From contig CM022670.1 of assembly GCA_012295275.1 (NCBI GenBank), positions 16,740,001-16,804,000 on the forward strand: 64,000 bases of DNA, written 5' to 3'. Of this stretch, positions 39,424-52,910 are shown piece by piece. This DNA is from Chrysomallon squamiferum. Lineage: Eukaryota; Animalia; Mollusca. Positions within the stretch are counted from its first letter, which is position 1; each line of letters starts with the position of its first letter. Below the pieces are notes generated by a model. The model was not told the DNA's origin. It ran no database searches and worked only from the letters and a program-made list of their open reading frames with translations. Both the position numbers and the translations under genes were made by a program.

Positions 39424-42400
39424 CGTGTGTGTGTGTGTGTGTGCGCGCGCACAGCATTACGATCGCTGAAACCCTGACCGTTATATTAATTTGACTATTT
39501 CGCGGTACTGGATCTGTTTGTTAGGCTGGTGGCACCTGAGTAAATAAGTTAGTATCTGAGCAAAAGATACAGGTAGCTGGGATTTCATTTTGTTGCACAT
39601 GCTATATGAAGAGAACACCTTTTTTTTTTTTCCAGAAACAACAAGCAAAGCATTGAAACAAGAAAGTGTTTAGCACTTTAACATCTAAATCTCGCTCTGT
39701 GATCGACACCGTGAGCTGTGCTTAATCTTTTTATGTTTCACTTAGAAAATTACGACTAAAAGTGAATGGAACTGGAAAGAGGCAGTTGATCGATCCAGCG
39801 AGTGATACCTTCATTGCTCTAACTTCTGATACCTACTAACAGGTAGTAAGTTTATTATTTGCATCGCATTAGTTCATTATTCTTCAGACTGATAATAATT
39901 TTCGCTGCTGAGACTCTCAGCTGCTTATAAATGAAATAAAATTCTGTTTATAGTTCAAGTTTTTCAAATTACTGGAGAAAAACAATGATTTTTTTTTTTG
40001 TCATTAACATCAACAGATCAACTCATTATGTTTGCAACGACTATATAACTACATATCGCTTAAAATAATTTAAAAAAAAGTTTCTTGGTAAGTCGTTTAA
40101 AAAAAAAAAAAAAAAAAGAAGAAAATATTGTATAACCTTTAATTATTGATCTATATGTCTCCGTTTCCAACAATGCCGTTGCAGCTGTCAGCTGACACGA
40201 GGTTCACATGTCGTCTTCGAAGGCGTCTGCTGGTGGACAAATTTGGTGAGTTTCAAACAGATGGCCCACACGTTGTAACAACTGTTTGATTTCGGACAAG
40301 CTGTGTTTGAATATTACAAAGACGTTTCGTGTTTGACTGCAGTGTCTGTAACTACCGATTCTAACCATTGTCCATAAAGTTTACGGAAACAACAATGGCA
40401 GTACAGTTTAAAATAAGAGAAGAAATAAACATCTTAAAACAATACATCAATTATATAAATATATATAAAACCATATATGTAGACGGATAGATAAATATAT
40501 ATATAGATACAGATATAATATTCGTGGGTGTGTGCGTTTATGTGTGTGTGTGCGTGCGTGCGTGTTCATTATGACTTTATTTGTATGATGAAAACCCCAG
40601 CAATGTCCATACCAGTTAGCAGGAAGGAATTTTTAAATTTGTATCTACCCATGGATTGGAATATAAACGTCATAGTGTTTGGGCGTCATCGGAAATAAGT
40701 TCACCGGGCTATGTATGCTGTTTATAACATAATTAAAATACAAATTCATTATACTGTTTGTAAGCGGAGGAAACGTCACTGTATGTCCATAGCTGTTAAG
40801 ACAGATGAACTTCAGAAAGTAAGTATTAAGACTCTGCATTCTGTCACCTGACACCTGGGATGTCTCAGTCGTTCTCTGGACGGACGGCGTGAGGAGCAGG
40901 TGTGTGTGTGGGTGGGGGGAGAAACTTTTCATTTTTACATTTTACAAAGCCCCACGAAAACTACACACGTGTGTCCTTTGTAAGAAACTCTGCGTTAGCT
41001 TCTCTTCGAAACTAAACAATGTTCGACTGGTCACGAAACTTGTTTTGTTCTATTTTTTCCCCAACACAAGGAAGTGACCAGCTTTTGTGTTACCCGAATC
41101 ATTCAGCTTCCAGACGTCCATCGAGCAGACGGGTCCGGTCCATACGCCATGACAACGATTCAGTAACGATAACTGCGGCTGCGAATTCGTCAACGGCCCG
41201 AACCTGGTCACTTGCAATGAGGGCAGCTGTCCGCAATTTGTTGTCAGGAGAACTACAGCAGAAAAAAATGGTTGCAGGTGAGAGAGATATGGCGCGTACC
41301 CGCAGGTGTCGAGCAGACGACAGTGACGCTAACACGCTTACTTACGGCCGCACGTGTAACCCATCAAACGCGAACTGTTTCCAACAATGCGCTTCGGACC
41401 CTTTATTTTATAAATAATAATTGGCTAAACAAGATGAGGTGGGAGTAACAAAGAAGGGGAGTATGTGTGACAGAAGGGCAGTTTTTCAGTTTAAGTTTTT
41501 TTTTTTTTTTTTTTTTTTTTCTGAGAAATAAAAGCTCTTTTCCTGGTCTTGCCTGGCCATAATGAGGTAACAGAATAGAGGCGTTTTTTTTTTTTTTTGA
41601 CTTTTGTTCGCTGTAACATTGTTCAGTGTTACAGTATCGAGTCCACTGTTTAAGTCGGGTGACGGAAAATTATCTGAAATGTCGCAAACAATAAATATCA
41701 ACAATGAAAAAAATATGTTTTAACAATAATGAAATTTTAAAGTGCAGAAAATTAAAATATGTATCCATAATGAAAAATTACGTTTAATAATTCTATCATA
41801 TCAGTATCAGTAATAAAGTTAGGGAAATATATTATATTGCATTTCTGTCAAAAATTATAATGTACAAATCATATATATATATATATATATAGTATGTAGT
41901 TATGTTTTCAAAGTATAATTTAGCATACATTACATTGTACAGAAATAAAATAAATACAACATCCAATGGACGATGAAAAAATATATACGATCAACTCTTT
42001 CTGCATACATTTGTTTTCCTTTGCATTGTAATGTATTCGTGTATACTGATACTTACCTGAAGATCAAAGTAAAACACTATATCTGTGTTGCAGCAGATAA
42101 TAAATCATAGAGGGATCAAAAGCATATTCAGCATGTGTTTATATGACTAAGTATCCTCGGGTTGTTTACACTTTTAAAAGTGCCCTGCGGTGCATCATTG
42201 TCGACATTCGTACATACCACAAACATTTGTACTTTTAATCGTCACTTTCTTTTTCTCTCACTACTATCATTATTAATACTACTGCTACTATTACTCTTCA
42301 CATAGCTACGACTACTAGTGCTGATGCTACTACAACCTTTCCCATCATAGCCACTGTTACTACTACAGAGACGACGACGACGACAACAACAACAACAACA

Positions 42401-43893
42401 GCAACAACAACAACAATAATAATAATGATGATGATGATAATGATGATGATAATTAACAGTGCAGAGAAAAAGACAATGGTTGAAAATTAACAATGCGTAG
42501 AAAGACTATAATATATATTTATGCAATCGTATCTAGTTGGTATTTTAATTATATTTATATTTATATTTTTTATATTTTTAAACTGGATTTTTATGCCCAA
42601 ACTAAATATACCATCAAATCTTCCGAATGCTCTGAGTGCTACGAAATGAGTTTACCATGCAGTTTTTTTTAAAATGACCTCTTTGGATTATCTGTATATA
42701 ACAGATCTCACTGTGTGAAAAATTTTCATTTCTTTTTTGAAACGTCCACTCAACTAAAATAATAGTCACTGACTTACAAACATACTTGACAGTTTCTTTT
42801 AATGGTTGTGTCACACCAAGTTCAAAGTACCGGTCATTATATCCGCTGAGCTTAGCCCAGTCACTTTGTTTTAAACGCGTGTTTATGACAGGCTTTATAA
42901 CACGGAATGCAAAAACCATAACATTAAATTCACGTGTCCAGAGTTCAACTTTCTTATGCATTTAAATTTGCACGTAATGAACTATGCCCAAGACATACAC
43001 ACATACATGTTTACAAACATACATAGTTTGTTATATACCCATAACACAAGCTGAAACACATATATTTACACACATACACACTACCTATGTATGTTTTTTT
43101 TTTTTTTTTTTTTTTATGTGTTTAGGAATGAATATTTTGTTATCTTATCTACGTCTGATTAAACTTTGCACAGGAATCCAAAATGTGTATGCGCTTATAT
43201 GTATCAGATATCATGAAGTCTTGCCGGCTTTCAAACACACACATACACACACAGACACATAGAAACACATATACACACTCACATTCATGCACAAACACAG
43301 ACATACATTGATCTTTAAAAGAACTGATATTTACGTATCTAATTTGAATTTGAATTTTTTTACTTATTATTTTGTCAATTTGAATTTTTTTTATTTATTA
43401 TTTTGTTTGTTCATATGGCTTTCGGAAATCGGCAATAAAAAAAGTGAAGAATTAAAATGTTGAAGTAGAAGTTTAAAAAAAAAAAAAAAGAAAAAAAAAA
43501 ACAAAGGAAGTTTTACTAACAGATGTACCAGATGGAAAGGCTCGGTATTAACACTAGCGTCTCTAGGTGATAAGCACCATATGTCGACTCCGACCGTCAC
43601 AACGAAAAATATTATTAATCTCAAGAATAATGAACGAATGTGATGGAAATAATCAACTTACGACCGTCCAGTCTGTTATCCAGGCTGTTCAAAACCTGGC
43701 TCTCTTTGTTTCAAAACACACAACTTATTTAGTCCGGTGGTTAGAGCGAACTACTTAGAAGTTCTGGGTCGCTGACTTAGTCTGCATACTTTGCTTGTTT
43801 CCTGTTCTGATAGTGTCATTAGATTTTTTCAAAAGATATATGTGAATGTATGTATATATATATATATATATTGATGTTATTCATAATATATTA

Positions 43894-43969
<76 letters not shown>

Positions 43970-44674
43970 GCAATAACAATAATAATAATGATAATAAAAT
44001 AACCAACAAATAAACAAAAATGTAACTGCCATAAACACTATTCTTTTTTTTTTGTTTTTTTTTATTTATTTTAAAGTCATAAACAAACAAACAAACAAAT
44101 AAATAAATGAAATAAATAAATAATTAAATAAATAAAATGCTAGAATAAATAATTTAATTAAGTAAAAGAACAATGAAGAAAAGGAAAAAAACAGAAGTTA
44201 CAATCGAAAAAAAACAAAAAAAAAAAAAAACAACAGCAACAAATCAAAAGTGAAAAATTAATGTATGTTTGTATGTATTTCGCAGTGATAAGCAAATTAA
44301 CGAAATTAATGAACACTTAAACTGCGAGTGCACAAAGACAGCAGTGATTGTTTTTGGAAAATACAAACAGAAATATTCACCAATTAAAACTCCAGACATT
44401 GTCTGCTCAGTGTTTAAAAGAGAATACACAGAGATACATATCTGACATTTTTCCACTGCTTCTGCTTTTATCATTTCGTATTCCTTCTTTTGAAGCTGAA
44501 AGCTCAACATGGAAGTTAATTTGTTTCTACCTTTGCTTACTCAGTTTTATCAGAGATCATCTTAAAGGTTTTGTTTTTATCGGTGCACTGGGAAACACAG
44601 GGCCTAAAACTGAAAAACATTTTTTTTAATTTTTTTTTTTAAAGTTGGCGTGGAGAATCTTGAGCCGGGCGACA

Positions 44675-44691
44675 TGGCGACAGCTCGTCTG
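44675..44691 (+). promoter_or_regulatory. BMP/Smad composite element GGCGAC-N5-GTCTG
   Basis: TGGCGAC AGCTC GTCTG matches GRCGNC(N5)GTCTG exactly; a palindromic GCAGACGTCTGC lies nearby at 44728-44739. Confidence 0.6.
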
Positions 44692-44879
44692 CCTCACATT
44701 TGCTTGTGGTAACCTCCAGCTTTCCGAGCAGACGTCTGCCAACATTAGGCGGGCCTTTGTCAAATATAAGGCAGCTAGTTTCGATCGAAGGCTAAAATCT
44801 CGTTCTTTCATATCTCTATAAGCATTTTGCAAACAGGATAGTTATTTCTTGCGTTCGATCAAAAAAAAAAAAAAAAACC

Positions 44880-44910
<31 letters not shown>

Positions 44911-47412
44911 GGAAGAAGAAGATAATGACAATACATTAGAGAGACAGAGAGACAGATAAACTAGACTGACTGGAGACCGTATTGTTTGTTCTCACGCGCA
45001 ACATTTGTGCGCATGCAGGTGCCTAGAAACAGTCTCTCTCAGAACGGAAATGGCAACGGAACGCGGAGTGGCGCGGCAAACATTTTCTCATTAAGCAGTA
45101 TTTGTCGAGACACGCTATCCTCCTGCCAATTACTGGGTAAATGTACTTGCTTGTTTGACTGTGTGATTCGCAAGTCCCCTAGCATCATAATTCATCTGTC
45201 ATTGAAAGTCGGCCGTACAGTGGAGAAACGAAATAAAAACTACAACAAATCTGACACAACAGATAATGAAATTTTAAACATCAGGAACAATATTTTTACA
45301 CAATAAGAGAAATTAAAAAAATGTATTTTAAACGAAGTCGTTCACTGGAAACTGTTCATTGTTTATTAAAACGACACAAACAACAAAAAAAAAAAAAAAA
45401 AATAATATTCAAGCTCGATATTTTATTACTGAAAGTGCAGCTCCCCGAGGCTTTGATGGAAATAATGACAACTGGAAAATTATTATTTGCGTAACTGACG
45501 GTTGGAGATTCCCCCAGTAACGGCATTCAACTCAGGATGCACCTGACTTCCGCCATTGCATCTCCTCTTCGAAAATTCTTTCGATTTTTTCATAACGACT
45601 CCTTTTTTTTTTTTTTTTTTGTTGTTGTTGTTTTGTATGACAAGTCATTAGCCAGTCACACTAACATTTTGTTTATTGCCATCTGATGACTCTGGCATTA
45701 ATAACTCCTCGTGTCGTCTCGCTCTTCTCATTATTCCCAGAACAGAATACAAAATTGGCCGTTGTCATGGAGATGCTGTTGATGTCACGTGACTGGAATC
45801 CATACAGTGAAAAATGTCTTCGTTTTGCAGTATTTTTCACAACAGATAACATGACTATGGTATCTGAATATGTTGCAGTCCCTAAGGAGATGAAGACATC
45901 AATAATATATACGTGATATTCAACAAACGTCCGTGACTCTATCGATTAATGAAAAGTCCATATTTTGTTTTGCTTTACAGCGGAATATTAAAACAGTCTT
46001 CTGAATCCATTTTAAAGTAACTCACAGAAAGAAAATCCTAAAGATTATTCGCTAAAATTTAATTCTTCTTCAAATATCAAATAATTAAGAAGAATCAGCA
46101 GCAGTATTAGTATTAGTAGTTTAAGTAGTAACATTAGTAGCAGTAATAGTAGAATAACAATGGAGGATATTCATATATTTTCAGCTTATAACACTTTCAT
46201 AGTGGTGGTGTTAGTGGTGAAAGTAGTAGTAGCAGTAGCCGTAGTAATGGTAGTAGTAGTAATAGTAGAGTTGTAGTAGTAGTAGTTGTTGTTGTTTTAG
46301 TAATATTAGTAGAAGAAGCAGTAGCGGTTACAATAATAGTAAAAGTATTATTAGTAACTGTATTAGTGATAGTAATAGTTGGATTAGAATTATTATTAGC
46401 TGTAATAGTGTTGCAGTAGTAGTAGGAGTGGTAGTAGTTCAAGTAATAAAATGTAATTAGTTAACATAGATAAATATGTTTTGATCTGATCTATAAAGAT
46501 GGTTGACAGTTATTTTACTTTCATAACCAGATACTGATTTATTTATTTTTTTTATCTTTATTATTTGAACTATTCAGTCACGTATGTACAGATACTATTA
46601 TTTATTTATTAATTTTTTTTTTTTTTTATTATTTTTTCAGAACAGAATGTAAAAATATCATGAACAAAAATCTATATTGCTTTTATTTTTATTTTCTAAC
46701 TGAAACTTGTTTTGAAAGTAATTTAATTTTGATGATAATAATCAGTTCATTGTTATACAATGATAATGTAAATACATTGTTTCTTATTTAAAAGACAAAT
46801 AACCAAATTAAAATTACATAATAATTGACATTTAAATTAAGAATTTTAATAATAATAATAATAATAATAAATATATACTTCGAGATAGTATTCCTTTGTA
46901 TAAGCAGAGATTCTAAATTCATACTGTTATTATTATTATTATATTTTTATTATTATTATTATTATTATTAATATTATTATTTTATCATTACGGAATTTAC
47001 AGAAATAATAATAAGATAATAAATATGCTGTATAATAGAACTCTTCTTTCAAAATATTTTCTTTCTCTGACAAAATAATCAGTGATGTAAAAATCTCTTC
47101 ATTTAGAATGCCAGATATTTAATCTATCTGTGATTATGGATGTTTTTCGGCTCCAAGCAACGAGTTTATTTCAGTATGTATTCAGGCTAGTTCCAGATAT
47201 ATATGCTATTGTGTTATTTTGAAATGTTGATGAATTAGAACAGATTTTAATTTGTGATTCCAGATTTTGATTTTTGTTATGTTTGAGCATCTCATCTCAG
47301 TGTCCCAGTCACGTGTTACCCTCAACTAACTTTCATTCCCAAATGTCTAATATATTTATATTTATAATAAATGAAGTTATGATCAAATCTGACAGACTTA
47401 TATATTTTTCTG

Positions 47413-47872
47413 TAACTGAATCATTCAGAGGATAATAAATATTGTAAAAGAATCAACTAGATCTCTAAACAACTGATATACAAAAAACAACAAAAAACAT
47501 CACTATGGCAGACTCAATTCTGATAAAAGTGATTTCAGGATCCATCTGCATATATACATATATACACAGGCACACACACACACACAAACTCACACATAAA
47601 CATATCTATATTTTTTCTTTCTTTTGATCTCTCTCTCAGTCTCTCTCTGTGTATGTGTGTGTAAAAAGACAGTTAATTAATAAGATTCTTGACTAAATGT
47701 CACATTTTGTGTGGCAATATATAGACGTGAATAAAATGAATTAACTGGAAACTCTGACTGGATCCATCCTGAAATCTCTTGTATCTGAAATCACAGTGAT
47801 GTTTTTTGTGTTTCACTGGTTTAGAGATCAAACTGGTTCTTTTACAATATTTATTATCAGTCTGTTCAGTTA
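47413..47872. mobile_element. Long imperfect inverted repeat (MITE/fold-back-like), arms ~110-130 bp
   Basis: GATAATAAATATTGTAAAAGAA..GATCTCTAAAC..CAAAAAACATCACT..GATTTCAGGAT (47431-47540) is mirrored at 47766-47858. Confidence 0.7.
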
Positions 47873-47934
47873 ATCTTTGATCTTAAATTCAGCTATTATA
47901 AATGTATTGTAATATATATATATATATATATGAA

Positions 47935-48050
47935 ACTGACTGGATTTACTTATACAAATACTGATTATTTACTTAATTACATTATATATATATATAAAAT
48001 GTAATTAAATAAGTAAATAATCAGCATTTGTATAAGTGAATCCAGTCAGT
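47935..48050. repeat. Near-perfect 116-bp palindrome with a (TA)n centre
   Basis: ACTGACTGGATTTACTTATACAAATACTGATTATTTACTTA pairs with TAAGTAAATAATCAGCATTTGTATAAGTGAATCCAGTCAGT, with 2 mismatches in 41 bp. Confidence 0.9.
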
Positions 48051-48104
48051 ATTTATCACGAAGATAACAATTTATTTTTCGTCTATCTAGGTCAGGCAGA
48101 CATT

Positions 48105-48362
48105 TATTATTCTCAAAAGAAACCATTTCTCTAGAAACAAGAATTATATACTTTCAAAAGAAGTCATATCTAATGGAAACAAGAATCTATTGTTTTCAAA
48201 AGAAGTCATATCTACCAAAACGCGAACATATTATTTTCAATAATTCGTGTCCACAGAAACAACAATATATTGTCTTCAAAAGACGCCGTATCTATGGAAA
48301 CACGAATATATTGTTTTTCAAAACAAGCTGTCCCTATAGAAACAGGAATATATTATTTTAAA
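48105..48362. repeat. Degenerate ~40-bp tandem repeat, about 6 copies
   Basis: GAAACA(A/C)GAATATATT.TTTTCAAAAGAAGTC.TATCTA recurs. Confidence 0.7.
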
Positions 48363-48732
48363 ACTGTGTGGGACATACTCTTCGTAATTAGCTGACTTTC
48401 GCTGGCGTGATTTCTGTAAAGCCACTTCACGATTTGTGATTTTCCCCACGAAGTCTCTAAGTGCAGAAATCAGATATAATGGCGCACACTGGCTGTTGGC
48501 TGTCTAATAAAAGATGATGATGTGTCAGATCGATACACTGTAGGCGATCGCTGCACGAAAAACACGCAATCTCGATGGAGATGACATGGAAAAGCCTGAC
48601 GGAAAAGCGAGGCGTAAAATTATCTTAATTAATATTTGAAGAGCGTATCTAGAAAGATTCGCATGTAACGTCTATCTTGTATCAATATTTTATCGTCCAC
48701 GTGAAATACCGTACAGCGATTTTTAAATTGTT

Positions 48733-48765
<33 letters not shown>

Positions 48766-50234
48766 CAGACTGTGTCTTGATATTTAAACTGTGTATTATT
48801 TACAAACACTTAAGACAACAGTTTTATTTTAATAGTTCGGCTACGTATTTGTACAGTATTTTATCACAGTTTACTTATATATTATTTAGTATATTATCAA
48901 GTAAATATATCTCTGTTTTCTTCTTGCTTGTATATTTTGACTGAGTATTTATTTATATGACGTTATATATTTTTATCTCAATAACTGAAGATCGATTTTT
49001 CAGCCAGTTTTGTAAGATTTTTAACATCACTGTCTGATCGGAGAATTAAGATATGATCAAGAATTATGAAATGTAAACACTTTTAAAATGTCAAGATAAT
49101 ATTACTTTATTCTTTTTTTCAGTTAATATGAATTTTTAATAAATTTTAATATTTAATTAGACAGAAATTTTAAATGACTAAACTTGTCTTCACAAAGACA
49201 TCAATCCATATAGAAACACAATAAAACATACATATATCAATACATACGTACATACAAACATACACATACATAGACACATACATACATAAACACACACACA
49301 CATGCATGCATGTCCATATACATAAACCATACAAACATTTATATACACATACATACACAGATATACATACATTAACACACATATTTACGTACATGCATGC
49401 AAACATACATACACATGAATTATTTTAACTGTATCAGATGCATACGTAAGTAAATCACATACATGCACATGAATCTGCACACATACATACATATATTTCT
49501 TTACGTGTACACGCATCTATTTATATCAGATGGATAATAACTCTATCATGACTGCACCAACATCAGCGAATGCACTAACGCCCTCATCTGACGGTACAGA
49601 AATTAAAAAACAAGAAATTAAAATAAATTAACAAAATAAATGAAAAAGTGAAAACTGGGACAAAACGAACGAAAGCAGACGATGACCAGGTGTCGAAGTT
49701 TCGTGTAACAACGTCGTCTCAAGAATAGAAGATATTTCATTTTCACATCAATGGATTTAATTATTTGTTTGCACGTGCGCAAGCATCGCAGGTGCAGGCC
49801 CGTGAGCACGTGACACAGAGAACAGATCTCGAAAGCAGGCTTCGGCGAGACTTTTTCTTGCATCTCTGTGAACATTTTTTCTTTTCTTTTTTTTCTTGAT
49901 TCTTTTTTTTTTTTTTTTTTTTTTTTTTGCTTCTAGTTGATATGAGTATCAAAAGTTGCAATCGTAATTTCAGTTTAATAAAAGTTTTATTTTTTATTTT
50001 TAATTATTGTTTGTGGATTCGCTTAAATCAAATTATATTATTCTAAAGTTAGTATTGTTTATTGTTAAAATAAAAATAATTATAATAATTTAAGAAAAAT
50101 AAATAAATACAAATATAAAATACAAATAAGAAAAATAAACTAAAAACAACAGATAAACACACATCGAAAAGTTGTTAATTTCTAATAATGTATTCTTATT
50201 ATGTTTTGCAAAAAGAAAACAAAAAAAAAAGAAA

Positions 50235-50252
50235 ATCGGTGCGCCAAGTGAT

Positions 50253-50325
<73 letters not shown>

Positions 50326-50386
50326 ATTTCCAATGGTCTTGTTTTTCTTATGACGTTTCATAAATTTAAACAAGACCATTGGAAAT

Positions 50387-50474
<88 letters not shown>

Positions 50475-50493
50475 CATCACACGGCGCACCGAT
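50235..50493. repeat. 259-bp fold-back palindrome with (GA)34 and (TC)42 inside the arms
   Basis: ATCGGTGCGCC..GTGAT-(GA)n-TCATTTCCAATGGTCTTGTTT / AAACAAGACCATTGGAAATGA-(TC)n-ATCAC..GGCGCACCGAT, with an inner TTATGA-cgtt-TCATAA. Confidence 0.92.
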
Positions 50494-51216
50494 CAGTTCC
50501 GATCTTTTCACTCGACCGTGCTCCTCAGGTTACTGCTTTCCACCATATTTCACATGCGCACCCCATCCATAACAAGTAGGGGCAGACAGGTAACTAAATA
50601 GGATGCAGTCGCCGATACAAGCCCAAGAAAAATGTAAACCGATAAATGGCGTTCGGAGGGCGCCTGGGACCCGTGACGGGACCATCGGCAAGCGAAAGAC
50701 GGACACGGGTTGGTCACGTGGCCAGTATTTTTATTGCTCTTCGGCATATTATGTAGTTTTAATTTTCACCACCGCTGAAGTTCTGGCTGTCACCATTTTT
50801 TTATTTTCATTTTTTTTTTTTTTTGTTGCACTCGTTCGTTGTCCAAGTGTGCAGACGACACGTCACGTCTGTCGGCTCTCACGCGCCTTACATTAGGACA
50901 CGTGTTCTGTGGCGGGAGAAAATCCGTGAAACATCTTTGCTCCATTATAACTAAATAGCACTTTTGAAATGTTTTTTTTTTTTTTTTTTTAAAAGAAAGA
51001 TTTTTAATAAACACAGTAGAAAAATATCGTTTTTTTTGTTTGTGTGTGTCGAACACGTGATTCGTTCATCGATACTTGACAAGAAAAATATATCAGATGT
51101 TAAACGAGCATGAGAAAAGCAGTGCTAGAAATTATTTCTGTTTTCTAAAATTTCAAGTATAATAGCAGAGCAAAGCAAACAAACGTACAAATAAATAACT
51201 AAATAAACAAGAAAAC

Positions 51217-51286
<70 letters not shown>

Positions 51287-51422
51287 AAAAAAAAAAGTCT
51301 GCATGTGCAGAAAATTAGAAAAAACTATTTTATTATCATTAATGAAATTAATTAAATCAATTATCTAAAAAAAAAAATTATAAATATATAAACCACATAC
51401 ATATATCCAGAACCCCCCAAAA

Positions 51423-51454
<32 letters not shown>

Positions 51455-51999
51455 CCACAATAGCAAAACAAAAAGAAGAAGAAGAAACCTAAGCTGACTT
51501 ATTAATCATGACGTGACCGTTTCGAATTGATTCGTCGCAGAAAAGTGATAAAACCAGTTCGTGACAGTCCAAATATTCAGAACGGAAAACTAAATTAACT
51601 CATAGTTTTATTTAACTGCACTGTTTTATCTTCGTATTATATAAACATCTTTTAATATGTGTATATTAGAGAGAGTGAGACACACTTGTATACGTTTAGT
51701 AATGTCATAAAAATGAATAAATCCAATATTAGTAAAGGTGAACATAGTAGAACAAAAAAAATAGAGTAAAAGAAAGTCACAAAGGTAGAGGATGACGAAT
51801 TGAAACGAATGAAAGAAAGAAAGAATGAAACAATGTTGAGTATGTTGTCAAATGCCAAGAAGGCAGAAATAAAATAGAAAAGCATAAAGAGAACACATCA
51901 ACTATATTTCTAAGCATTAAACCATAAATTTAATGTGGTAAATGACATATGTTTATATATTTATTTTCCCATGATTACCACAGAATTCTGTTATAATGT

Positions 52000-52910
52000 T
52001 ATATTATTTTTTTTTTTATTTAACCTGTGAAGATTACATTAGCAATGTGACATTTTCTCAAAAGTAACGTACAAAATAACGCTATAAAGACATTTATTCT
52101 TTCTCAGAATAGTAAACATTATTTAAGAAATATAACATATTCCCATAATTAACATTATGTTAGAAATCCAATATTATTACCAAGTTAAATTACTAAAAAT
52201 ATAAACATTTGTTATTCATTCTGAGAACTGTGAACATTTTCCAACAGTTCTAGAACAATGTTATACAAATATTCTTTCTCAGAATTGTGAATGTTAGAAA
52301 TTTAACATTTACCCATAGATAACGTTTCCAAAAAACTGCTATGAAAGCATGTTATTCTTCCTTAAAATTGCGAACACTATTTTAGAAATATGGCATTTTC
52401 CAAAAATTAACCCACAGTTCTAAAATAATGTAATAAAAACGTTTCTTATTCTTCTTCCGAATTGTGAATATTGATTCAGAAATATAATATTTTCTTATAA
52501 TTAAAACAGTTCTAAAATAATGTTTATAAAGACATTTGTTATGTTTTATGTTTTCATGAAAATTATTTTAGAAAAAACATTTCCCGTAATTAATTTTAAA
52601 ATAATGTTATACAAACATTTTTTCTCAGAACTGTGAACACTTTGTTAGAAGTATAATATTTTCCTACAATTAAATCACAATTCTAAAATAATAATGCACA
52701 AACATTCTTTCTCAGAATTGTGAACACTTTGTTAGAAATATAACTTTTTTTCCTATGATTCTAAAACAATGTTATACATTTGTTATCCTTTCTCAGAAGT
52801 GTTCACATTACTTTAGAAAAATAACATTTTCCCCATCATCAACCCACAATTTTAAAATAACGTTATACAAATATTTGTTATTCTTTCTCAGAACTGTCAG
52901 TATTATGTCA
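52000..52910. repeat. Degenerate minisatellite, unit ~85 bp, about 10 copies
   Basis: TTCTTTCTCAGAA(T/C)TGTGAACA...TTAGAAATATAAC..TTTCC...TTCTAAAATAATGTTATACAAACA recurs. Confidence 0.85.
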
